This document shows positions 17,487-28,423 of a stretch of 64,000 nt of DNA, piece by piece. The notes beneath the pieces are model-generated. The model was not told the DNA's origin, did no database searches, and saw nothing but the letters and a program-made list of their open reading frames with translations. A program made the translations under genes and the position numbers. Where the stretch lies: NCBI RefSeq assembly GCF_000315625.1, contig NW_005434554.1, forward strand, positions 123,297-187,296. The letters run 5' to 3'. Positions within the stretch are counted from its first letter, which is position 1. Each line of letters opens with the position of its first letter. This DNA comes from Guillardia theta CCMP2712. Lineage: Eukaryota > Protista > Cryptophyta.

Positions 17487-18891
17487 CTTGCCTGGCTTCC
17501 TTTCGTCGCAATGGTCTCTCGTTGCGCCCGCTCGCAGCATGACACTGATCTCCATGTTGCCAAAGAAACGGCTCTGGTTGCGAGCGTAACGTATTATTTA
17601 GACTGGGTGGGTGTTGGCGAACACCCGTCCTGTGCCGTTGCTACGGTAGGACAGTGGTAAAATAGTGGGGTCATGATAGGATATTTGAGGGGTGTAAATA
17701 GTAATGGGTGGGTACTGGCTCCGTTTGGGGTACATGGAATTCTACTAGATGGGGGTGGGGGTTATGGATGGGCTTCGGGGAAACAGGATTGTGAAGAATA
17801 TTTCAAAATATATTATGAATTTTCAACAATATAATAAAATTGTATTCAAATTTGTCTCCAGAAATGTGAAATTGTTGGGGAGGTCTTGCTTTGTAGTCAT
17901 GTGGGTGGGAATCATTTGGGGGCTAGGGGTACTTTTTGTACCCACCCTTGATACTGTGAAAATATGAATAAAGTACCGGTGATCCCTAGAATGGACTAGC
18001 CGGTATCGTTATGGATGGGTAGGCCAGGACGAGAGAGGGTGTAGAGCAAAGTTGAGGGTAGGGGTGGTCCTTGCAAGGCTCAAGAGGTAGGGTGATAACG
18101 GAAAGGAGGGGTACAGAATACAAACGGGGGTGATCGTTCCATGGTGGGTGGTTTATCTCTGTATGACCCCCTACATTTGGGTTATATTGAATGATTTTTA
18201 GTAGGTGAGGGTACTTCGGGAGTTTCTGTAAGGACGATAACGGGTGGGTTTGTGGAAATGTACGGTAGGGGTACTTTTAGAGGAAGTAAAGGTTTGGGTA
18301 GGGTCGTAGGCAGAAGTGCTGGGGGTAGGGGGTAGTGGTGGGATGGGGGCTCATGACATGCAAGCATATTGAGGAATGCTGGGAAGGAGGGCGAAAAAAA
18401 ATGAAGAGGAGGGGAGGAGAGGGGAGAGAGGAGAGGAGAGGAGAGGAGAGAGGGAGAGAGGTTTTCTAGAGGATATGCGAGGCGAGGCGAGGCCGAACCA
18501 GCTGAGGTGATCCAAGTTCCGAGCTGGTCAAAGTGAAGCAGAGATCAGATGGAACTTACCAAACTTGACAAGGAGTTTCTGTGAGTGGTGAGAGATGAGA
18601 GGCATGGGTTGAAAGATGATAGGAACAAGATGATGAAGAAAACTTGAAGTGAAGGCATTGAAGGCACTGAGGAAGGACCGGAAGCCATAGAAGCTAGCAG
18701 CACATCGCTGGCAGAGATTAGGTATCATCGCAGGGGAAGCGAGCAGCAAGGATGGGTGGCTTCCGAGCATGCAGCTCTACCCATAGGAACGCACATTCCG
18801 TGTGCTGTCCCCATTTTCCTGTCGCAAGGCTCAATCTGACTCGAGCTCTCGTGCTCTGATCAGGACCAGCGTTCTTGGACCTCCTTCGGCC

Positions 18892-21800
18892 ATGGAGTTC
18901 TTAAAGAAGGGAGTGCAGGCTGCGAAGAAAGTCGGGTCACAGGCTGTGAGCCAATTGATGGATGTAATTCATCTCCTCCCTCTCTCCTTCCTCTCTTCCT
19001 CCTCCCCTTCGCTGAGTGCTGAATGCCTCAGGCGGTTGATGAGAACTCGACGACGTCCCTCGGCCTTGGCACCTCCTCCAACGACGTGGAGTTCGAAGCT
19101 GGAGTCAAGCACTTCATGACGCTGAACAACTCTCTCAAGCAAATCGGCACCAAGGCGCAGGCGCTGATTCAATCCATCCGCTCCCAAGGACAGGTAACGG
19201 ACAGCTCTCGCACCTTCCTTCGCGCCCTTATGTTCAGCTTTGCCACTGTCAAGCACCTGGCTCTCGCTCTAGGATCGTGCTGACTGGCGTCGCAGAATGC
19301 TCTTGGAGTTGTTGAGCTGGTGGAGGCTTCTCTTGAGATGGAGTTTGGAGAAGACAGCATGTGGACAAATGCAGCGTACAAGCTGAGAAGCTTGAACCAG
19401 CAGGTCGATGCTTGTTGGTAGGCCGTGAGCTCGTCCTGAAATGCGATCCGTGCACAGATTGATGGGAAGTTTAACCAGCAGCTCTGTACACTGCTGCAGA
19501 GAGATATCCTGGACAAGATAAGCGCAGAACTGGAAACAAACTCTCAGACCAAAATGTTTATCGATCAACGAAGGTCGATGAAGGAGGCAACGAAGTAAGG
19601 CGCCGCTGTAGACTGCAGTCTTTTGTCCTTACCCAGATCCTCCTCTTGCCCCTCCCCTTCTTCCGCGCCCTCCCTCCCCTTCTTCCGCGTCCTCCCCTCT
19701 GACTCGCTGGAATCTCTCAGGGCGGAGGCTGACGATGCTCTCCACAAGCTTGCAGCCATCATCAGGTGATGGAGCGCAATGGCAAGTGAACCACAGCTGC
19801 AGCTGACTCGCATGCAGGAGGAGGAACATGCTGCTGGCTCATCTGGTGACTGTGTTCATGTCGCACCAGTACAACTACTACGTCCGGCTCGCTGATCAGT
19901 GCCAGCACCTTCGACAGGTGAGACGAAGGCCGGGAGAAGTTGGAGGGCAGCTGCTGACCCCGGCCTGCTTCCCAGCTCACCGTGGAGTGCAAGGAGCTCC
20001 TCAACGGAGCATCGAGTGACGTGCACACGCCTCCAACTCAGTCCGCTGTCCCCAACCACGTCCAGCAAATCCCTCCGATGCCCAAGGAAACGCCGCAGGA
20101 CCCGAACGGGAACGCGGCTGTCCCTGCGAAGGTGGAGGAGGCGGCGGCCCCTGTTGTTCAGAAGGAAGTCCAGGAGGCGCCCTTGCCCACTCCAGCTGAG
20201 GAGAAGCCGGCGAAGGAGGAGGCGAAGGAGGCAGATCTGCTGTCCATGCTGGACTCTGATCAGCCGGCAGAGACAGAAAAGGCGAACAGCAACGGGGGCC
20301 CGAGGAGACTCTCGCAGGAAGCAAGTCAGGCCGACAGGCAGCAGGAGACCGCTGACCTGCTAGGAGAAGCTTCCTCTGCTGTCCCCCAGTCCACCGACCT
20401 CCTGGGAGACCTCCTCTCTGAACCTCAGGTACTCCCTCCCTCTCCTGTCTCGCACCGCCTCAGCCCCCGTCAGGTCAGGAGCGCTCCTCCCAAGAACAAT
20501 CCGCAGGACGACCTTCTGGGCGACTTCACGAGCTCCGCGCCCTCACGAGCGAAGCCGAAGCCCTCCGGTCCTGCCGATGACCTCCTCGACTTCTCCTCTA
20601 CCAAGGCTTCTACCCCCGCCGATCCTCTTGCTGACTTCTTCGGTAATGCCCGCTGGTGGTTCCGTGCAGTCCCCACCTCCTCCTCGCCGCTGATCAGGCT
20701 CCTCTACTTGCCACTCCTCCTGCTCTCTCGCTGTGCTCTAGATAGCATCGCTGTCCTTCGTTGTCCCCTCCTCGTACATCAAGATCACAGAGGTTGACTA
20801 CCCTGCAGGGCATAGCACGAGCTCGACCAAGGCGAACAAAGACCCGATCTTCGTGAGTGCTCCTCCTCTCTCCCGCAACCTTGTTCCCCCCCCCCCCCCC
20901 TCACCTCCTCCTTCCCCTTCACTTCTCTCGCTCACCGATGCAGCAGGACGTGTTCAACAATAGCGATATGCTCGGTGGAATGGGCAATGGCGACTCGCCC
21001 GTGGTCGGTGGCGACGAGGAGCCGTTGAAGCCCGTGGCGAGAGGCGCGAGATTCCGAGCAGGCGACGAGTTTAAGGGGACAGGAACCAACAGGTGGGAGT
21101 TGCAGAGGGAGAGGAGCAGGAGCAGGAAGAGGAGGAGGAGCAGGAGGAGGGAAGATATCGTGTTGGGGACGCGTTGAGGTAGAGGAGAAGGGTCTGACGG
21201 CTCTGGGGGTGCAGGGAGGAGCTACAACGGCAGTTCGAGCAGCACATTGCAGAGAAAGCGCAGGCAAAGGCGGAGGAAGTTCGAAGGCAAGAGGAAGATA
21301 AGAAGAATTACGAAGACATGAAGTTTCAGGCACAGGTAAAAAATGAGCATATCTCCTTGTGACGACCATATCTGAGTGAATTCTCTCTCCCCCCTCTCTC
21401 TTTTGCTCTTGTTCTACCTGTTCTTCACCCATTCCTCCTCCTCCTACTCCTACTCCTACTCCTACTCCTACTCCTACTCCTACTCCTACTCCTCCTGCTC
21501 CCTACTTGCCAACCTGAACTTCTTTTCTCCATCCTCTCCGACGCTATAGGATATGGTGGATAAGAAGATTGTTGGCTGGGCTGGGCCGAAGCACAACCGA
21601 AAGAACCTTCGAGCGATGCTTGCTAGCTTCGACACGGTGAGGACCGCAGCCCTTCTCCCTCACTCCCTCCTCCTGTCGCTCTGTTGAGCCTCCTCCGCAC
21701 CCTGCACTTCTGCTTCGCTTTTCTCCTCTCCTGCTGCCCCTGCTTTCCCCTCCTCCTCTCCTCAACTCCCTCCCCTCCCCCTTGTCTCTCCCTTCCTCTT

Positions 21801-22391
21801 CCACTTCCTCCTCCCTCTCACTTTCCCCCTCCCCCCTTGTGCTGCTCCATCGCTGGTATCTCTCACTCCCTCCTTCTTTGGCTTCAGGTCCTATGGGACG
21901 AGGCCAAGGCCAAGTGGAAGACCGTCGGGCTGCACGAGCTTGTCATGCCTGCCGATGTCAAGAAGATCCACAGGAAGGCCATTCTCATCGTACATCCTGG
22001 TAGGAGCTCGACTAACTCCCCTCTCCTCCCCCCCCTTCCTTTCCTCCTGCGATCTTTTTCTTCTCCCTCCTCCTTCTGCCCTTCTTCAACCTGTCATGAT
22101 GTTTCTCTGGCGTTCCCATTCTCCCTCCTCTTCCCCTCCTTCTACCCTCCTCCTCCTTTCCCTCATCTCTGCTCCTATCCTCCGCTTACAAACCCTACGA
22201 TCTCCCTTCATGCTCTATCTCATGGCTCTTCCGCCCTCCCTCTCCTCGCTCCCTGTCTTCCCCTCCTTGCTCACGGGCTCTCTCGCAGACAAAGTTCACA
22301 ACGCTTCCATCGAGGCGAAGATCCTCGCAGAGCAGGTGCATGCGGTGCTGCATGAGGCCTTGGAGACCTTCAGGAAACAGGAGTCGTGTTA
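18892..22391 (+). CDS. Auxilin-like J-domain protein with an N-terminal BAR-like helical domain
   Basis: N-terminus MEFLKKGVQAAKK...NDVEFEAGVKHF...LKQI is N-BAR-like. The central region has DLL/DFF clathrin/AP2-type motifs. The C-terminus WAGPKHNRKNLRAMLAS...VLW...WKTVGLHELVMPADVKKIHRKAILIVHP|DK is an auxilin J-domain with HPD split by an intron. Confidence 0.85.
21442..21492. repeat. (TACTCC)n intronic hexamer repeat
   Basis: Direct reading. Confidence 0.9.
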
Positions 22392-23089
22392 AGGCGAGGA
22401 GGGAGGCGCTTGTTTGTTTGTGGAGGAGGAGGAGGAGGAGGAGGAGGAGGAGACGAGGGAACAAAAGTTATCACTTTCTGGTGACTTTATTGCTAACGGA
22501 ACCGCATCCTCCTCGCTGCTGCAACAGCACGAGCAGCCATCATCATTGGTTTCGACCTCCATCGCNNNNNNNNNNNNNNNNNNNNNNNNNNNNNNNNNNN
22601 NNNNNNNNNNNNNNNNNNNNNNNNNNNNNNNNNNNNNNNNNNNNNNNNNNNNNNNNNNNNNNNNNGGGCAGGCACGAGACTGAAGGAGGGGAAATCAACA
22701 GTTGCGTAGCTTCGGCTGAGAAAAGGTACTTTAAAAACCTTTCTTACTGTTATCCTGTGAAAGCAGTGTAGAAAGTAAATTTTTGTATCTAGTCTACAGG
22801 CACAACAGCGCTCGCTGCTCCTTTGTTTCGGCTCTGTTGTACATGAAGATTGGGGGCTTCTTCCTTGTCGATGATTACAGCACTGCTGAAAAGCCGAAGC
22901 ACGCAAGCGAAGAAAGCGCGCAGGCCGCCAATCAAACGAACCCGAGCGTATCCATCCCACTCTCAAATCGCCGAATCAAGTTTCAACTCGTCCAACTAAA
23001 CTACATTCAGTGCAGCCCCGGTGATCTGGCTTCCGGCCGCCAGGCCCGGGCCCGCTACAAGCCTAGCCCTCCAGCTAGCGTAATGGTAG

Positions 23090-23309
23090 TCAACCATCAC
23101 CGATCATCCGAAACTCCTCCTCCTCCTCCTCCTCCTCCTCCTCCTCCTCCTCCTCCTCCTCCTCCTCCTCCTCCTCCTCCTCCTCCTCCCTTTCTCGATG
23201 GGGCGATTCCATCATGGTGCTCATCCTCCTCCCCCCGTACGGCGTCGCATGTTCAACGGCGCGCTGTGCTAGCAAAAGAGGATTCCTGCCCCTTCCATCT
23301 CCCAGCGTG

Positions 23310-23342
<33 letters not shown>

Positions 23343-25348
23343 GGTGCCTCCTCCCCTGTCGGGACCCAACGCTCCACAAGCACTCGGCGGGCTGCAAGGC
23401 TGGAGGAGGGGACAAGGAGAGCAGGGGAGGGGACAAGGAGAGCAGAGGAGGTGGGAGGGATGATCTCAGCAGAGGGGAGAGGGGCGAGATGGATCATGGG
23501 CTGGTCTCTATACGCTATCGCCGTCTGTTCCCCGCTCGGATACCCCGGGAGCAATCCTTCAGTTTGGCTCTCAGAGGCCCTCGGGGTTGGCAGCGGCAAG
23601 GAGAAGGAGTCGACCATCTCCTTGGCTCCTTCCCTTGTCTTCCACGGCCCCTTCGTCTGTGCTTGCCCGCTCCATCTCTCGCTCTTCTTCTTCTGTTCCT
23701 CCAGCACTTTCTTCCAGAAGTTTGGAACTTGCAGCTGCTCCTGCTGCCTTTTGACTCCTCCCTGCTGCTTCATAGTCCCTTCGACACCCATCTGTTGATC
23801 CTGCTGCTGCTTCCCCTGCTCGTGCTTTACAGCTTGAGGTCTATTCCCATTCTGCAAATTCCGCTGCTGCTGCTGCTGCTGCTTCTTACCGAGAACGTCG
23901 GCTAGCCGCCGCAAGTACGCGGAAACGTTATGCAGCTCTCGCCACATCCTCTCATCCTCACCAACCGATACATTTTGCGATGCTGTTGACGATAAAGGAG
24001 GTGTTGTTTCTGTTGTTGCTGTTGCTGTTGCTGTTGCTGTTGATGGTGGTGCCAACTCCCCCTTTTCGTCTCGAGAGATCCAGCAGCTTCTATCAACGAG
24101 CATGGGCATGAAACTGTCGTCGCAAGGCAGAAAGCCTGGGGGCAGCCAGGAGGTTTCATTTGTGTTGATGTTGGAGAAGAACACCCGACCCTCAGGGTCG
24201 TTCATCGCCATCCATCCATCCTACACGTCAAGATCATCGAACGCACAATAGAAGACAAACAACTCAGCACCGTGAGCACCACAGGAGCGAATCTTTCCTC
24301 TCCCCCCTTCCGCACGAATTGCCATCCAGGAAACACGTTGTAGCCCCAGCGCGACTGATTATGCTGTTCTCTGCTGGTCTGGTTGATTCCAGCCTGCTTG
24401 AAGAGTCAAGACACTTTCCGTCAAGTTGATCGTCAGCACCTTCGAGTGATGAATTTCGCTGATCAAGTTGTGCAAAGAGTCGGAGATCTGCTTGAAATAT
24501 CCTCTTTCCTCGTCCATAAAAGTTTTCTTTGAATTCAACTCGAGGGTTCGGTTTTGTGAGATTTGCATCAGGACAGCTATGTACTCTTCAAGTGTCTTGG
24601 TCATCTTCTCGCTCCTCCCCAACATAGAAGCCACTACCCTCACCTATAGGAATAGTTACCTCCGCACAAACCCTCGTTCATGGCAACGTCAAACCGTATG
24701 TTGCAGAGCAGTCTCGTTCTTCTTGGCGCGGTGCAATGAACGCCAAAGTTTCGCTACTTCAACCTCACTGTCGTTGTACAGTCTCTCCATGCTCTCTTCC
24801 TTCGCCACCAACTTGTCGTTCATCTCCATCACCTCATGCATCTTGTTGTGTGAATCTATCAACCTGTGCTTCTCCTCATGAAGCTGGCTTTGCAAATCTT
24901 TCATTTCTGCACAGATGGAACTGATTCCCGATGTGTTCATCTCGCTAGCGCTCTCATCGCAGGAAAGCGGCTGATTCTGCTCAGCAGCAGTTTGTATGCT
25001 CCTGGATACAACGTTGGAAATTGCCCTTTTCAGCGCTGCCTGCGCCATCTGAGAGGCTTCCGGGTTCCCTGCGGCCTTGATCATCATCTGAATGGCCTCC
25101 ACGAGGTCTGCATGCGATGAGTTCGACGAGGACAGCAGCCGGATAACGCGCGAGAGCAGCAGGTCCTCTCTCGACGGCTTGAAAACCCCTGGAGGACGGT
25201 GGTCAGTCACTGGGTCATGGCACTGCCGCAGGTGACGCTGCCCCATGGGCTGCGGCTCACCTTGCGTGTCTAGCCCGATCAGGAGCAGGCAGGCCATCAG
25301 CATCGCCCCCCCTACGCCCCTCACTCTCCCCGCCGCCCTCCCCGCCAT
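23090..25348 (-). CDS. Signal/TM-anchored coiled-coil protein with a WW domain, multi-exon (3' end uncertain)
   Basis: Hydrophobic AMLMACLLLIGL; coiled-coil exons; GWMAMNDPEGRVFFSNINTNETSWLPP is a WW domain. Confidence 0.65.
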
Positions 25349-25538
25349 GTCGGTTTCTATTCTCGGCGAGCTGTCAATGCCAATAAAACGGTTTGTAACG
25401 GTATAGAGCGGGGATGTGGTCCCGAAATCTGGGGAAATTTCTGGGGAAATTTCGGCTGGGAAATTTGGGGAAAGAGTGGGGAGGAGGGGAGGGGTCGTAA
25501 CGGTGCAACGGACGGCGCGGAGGTGGGATGGCGCGGTA

Positions 25539-27142
25539 ATGGGGCTGAAGGAGGAGGCAGGAGAGGAGGAGACACGACACAAGAGCAGGCGACCAGGTAG
25601 AACACAGCCGCCTGCATGCAGGTCAACAAACTTGAAGCATGGGGGCCATGATGGCGATAGCTCGAAGAAGGAGAAGAAGAATGCTGTGGGGGCTGCAGGA
25701 GGGGGGCAACAAATCCTGCAGGGCAAAGACAGGAAGGTGACCATCGCTCGGGTGCTATGGGAGAAGGAAGGAGAAGGAAACGGTTGGGATCAAGTGAAAA
25801 GTTTCGATGAGCAGCAACAGTGCGAGTTGCTGTTTCGCTATGCCAGGTTTGCAGAGGCGTATCTGGCAGCGAAAAGGTGCCGAAAGAAGGGCACGTCGGT
25901 GAAGGTGAACGTTCCAGTCGTTTACAACAGCAAGCTCGTTCCCATCGACTTCGGGAGGCCTTCTGAGTGGAGATCGGGAGTAGCATCTCGCGTCCTGTCC
26001 AACGAACTGAGAGTTGCCACCATCATCTTCGACCATAAGGACGATTGGGCAGACGAAGGCTATCAGCTTGACGACGTGCTTGCCCAAGATACAAGACATG
26101 TATGGATTGGATGTGAGGCAGATACGCATGACGGAGGTCTTCGATACCAAGAAGACCGCTCAGTCAAGGTTCAGATCATGAACAACAATCCGAAATTCCC
26201 CGAGCTGTTGGATATCACTATGCCAGATTTGTCGTTTTTTGCTGTTTTCGATGGGCATGGAGGCGAAGGTACGGTAGATTTTGTACAAGATCACCTGCCA
26301 AAGAATTTTGCGAAAGAGTTGAGGAAGTGCCTGAACAGAAAGCTGCGAGGCAGGTTCAGCACATGCCTGGCCACCGCGCTGAAGCAGGCATTCAAGTTAA
26401 CGGACAACGTGATCAAAGAGATGATAGATTCCAGGGAATGGGAAGAGCAATCGGTCCAAGGCACCAAGACTTGCATGGATTCTAGTGGTGCGGCGGCTGT
26501 CGCTGCCGTCCTGTGCGGTCGCGAGCTCGTGATCGCGCATGTTGGGGACTGCCGAGCGGTGATGTCGGATAAGCAGGGCAAGTCGAAGCTCCTGACCAAG
26601 GACCACACTTATTACAACATCGAAGAGCGCGAGCGAGTCGAGAGTATCGGAGGAAGCTGGGAACACTCTCGTCTCAACTCCATACTGGGGGTCTCACGTG
26701 CGTTCGGCGACTTCTGCTTCCAGACTAGGGCTAAGGTGGCTGGACTCTCCGCTGAGCCGGAGATCTTCCAGACGAGCATAACAGACGAGCACGAGCTGCT
26801 GCTGCTGGCCTCTGATGGCTTCTGGTCGGAAGAGAACAGTCAGGGTTTCGGTTTCAGAGACTCTGCGGAGGCGGTCACGTGCCTTAGGGCGCACCTGCAA
26901 CGGAACAACAACGACCTGAAGGACGCGCTCAAGCTCGCCATCTCCCGTGCGGTGAAGTGCAGCGAGACCGACAACACGACGGGGATTCTCATCTCCTTTC
27001 ATAAGCTGGAACAGGTCTGACTGACACGCTCTGGTTGTTTGCTGGTGATGACCTTGTGCTTCAGGAATCTTTTAAACCCATCTCGTTCCCCAAAGAGCGT
27101 CCAAGGTTCTTCTGCAAACCTTCCCGTTCCACGGAAGCCTAG
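25539..27142 (+). CDS. Protein phosphatase 2C (PPM) family protein
   Basis: RYQED, FFAVFDGHGG, AHVGDCRAV, LGVSRAFGD, LLASDGFW and DNTT motifs; small last exon after intron ~27015-27065. Confidence 0.93.
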
Positions 27143-27822
27143 GCTTAGCGTTCATGTTTATATCTCTTGAAGCTGCTCATCTCAACCTTGATGGCAGTCT
27201 CCAGGTTTTGCCACAGTTTGTGAGTGGTGGAGTTTTTGTTTGCACATATAGCAATACACTTCACTGAATTCACTCGTTCTCAACGATGTGCTACATTTAA
27301 CGACAAGCCATCTGTGATAACTTCGAATATGACGACAACGAGATCTATGAAGAAGGAATGACGCTTGAGAGAAAGAGAGGGATAGGGAAAACAGCAGCAC
27401 AATCCAGCTATTCCCGTTGCTGGCAGATACATAAGTCTGAACAATCACTCCGCATGTCCTACCCATTCAAACTTCCCTGAATGATCAGGAGCATGTAAAT
27501 ATGAAAGATGCCATGGTACGACCAGGTGCCATCTACATATCAATGGAGTCGAAGAGAGTATCTGTTCGATCGTTCTCCGCTATGACCATACATCGATTCT
27601 TTCCTGCACAATAAACTCCTTATCGTTCACTCTCCACTCCTCCATCATCACCGCTTTCTCCTCCATCGTATCATCTTCTCTCTTCTCTGTCACAACCTCA
27701 CACTGAACATCTCCTTTCTCTCCCTCCCTCCCTCCCACCCACCCACCCTCCCTCCTCTCTCTCTCTCTCTCTGTCTCTGTCTCTGTCTCTGTCTCTCTCA
27801 CTCACTCACTCTCACTCACTCA

Positions 27823-27857
<35 letters not shown>

Positions 27858-28423
27858 TCTCTCTCTGCACTGCTACTTCACGTCCCGCACTTCTTGCATC
27901 ATCAACTGCATCATCGTCTGGGGCAACCGTAGCTACAGTCGGGGTTGCTGAACACTCCTAGTGGGTAGGGTGGTAGGAAAGTGAGGTGAAGTACCCTTGA
28001 AAAGACTATTAAAAGTAGGGTGGGTAGGTGATCGACGAGGGGTAGTATGAATGGTGGTTGGGAAATAGGCCTTCGATGCAGATTTTCCAACTGAGAGAAG
28101 GGGAGGGTGAGAGGAGAGGAGGAGGAGGAGGAGGAGGAGGAGCGACAGATGGACAAGAGAGACAGAGCGAGAGAAGAGTGAGAGCGGGAAAGGAAGAAGA
28201 GAATGCAGGCAAGGCCATACGACAGTGCGTAGATTGAGTGTCGTTGGAATGGAGAGCAGGCAAAGGACGAGGTGGACATGAGACCCTCAAGACTGTGAGA
28301 CAAGAGGGTGAGGGAGAGAAAGACTGAATCGAGGAAGCAAACACAAGTGCGTCAGTGCGGAGGAGGGAGGAGAGCCTCGTCACGTATCGAGGCGGCGATA
28401 CAAGGAAGCGAACAAGAGGCAAG

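Noticed and set aside
27182-27960. Small Cys-containing minus-strand ORF pieces (YCYMCKQK)
   Set aside because: No consistent spliced model could be built; a small gene is not excluded.
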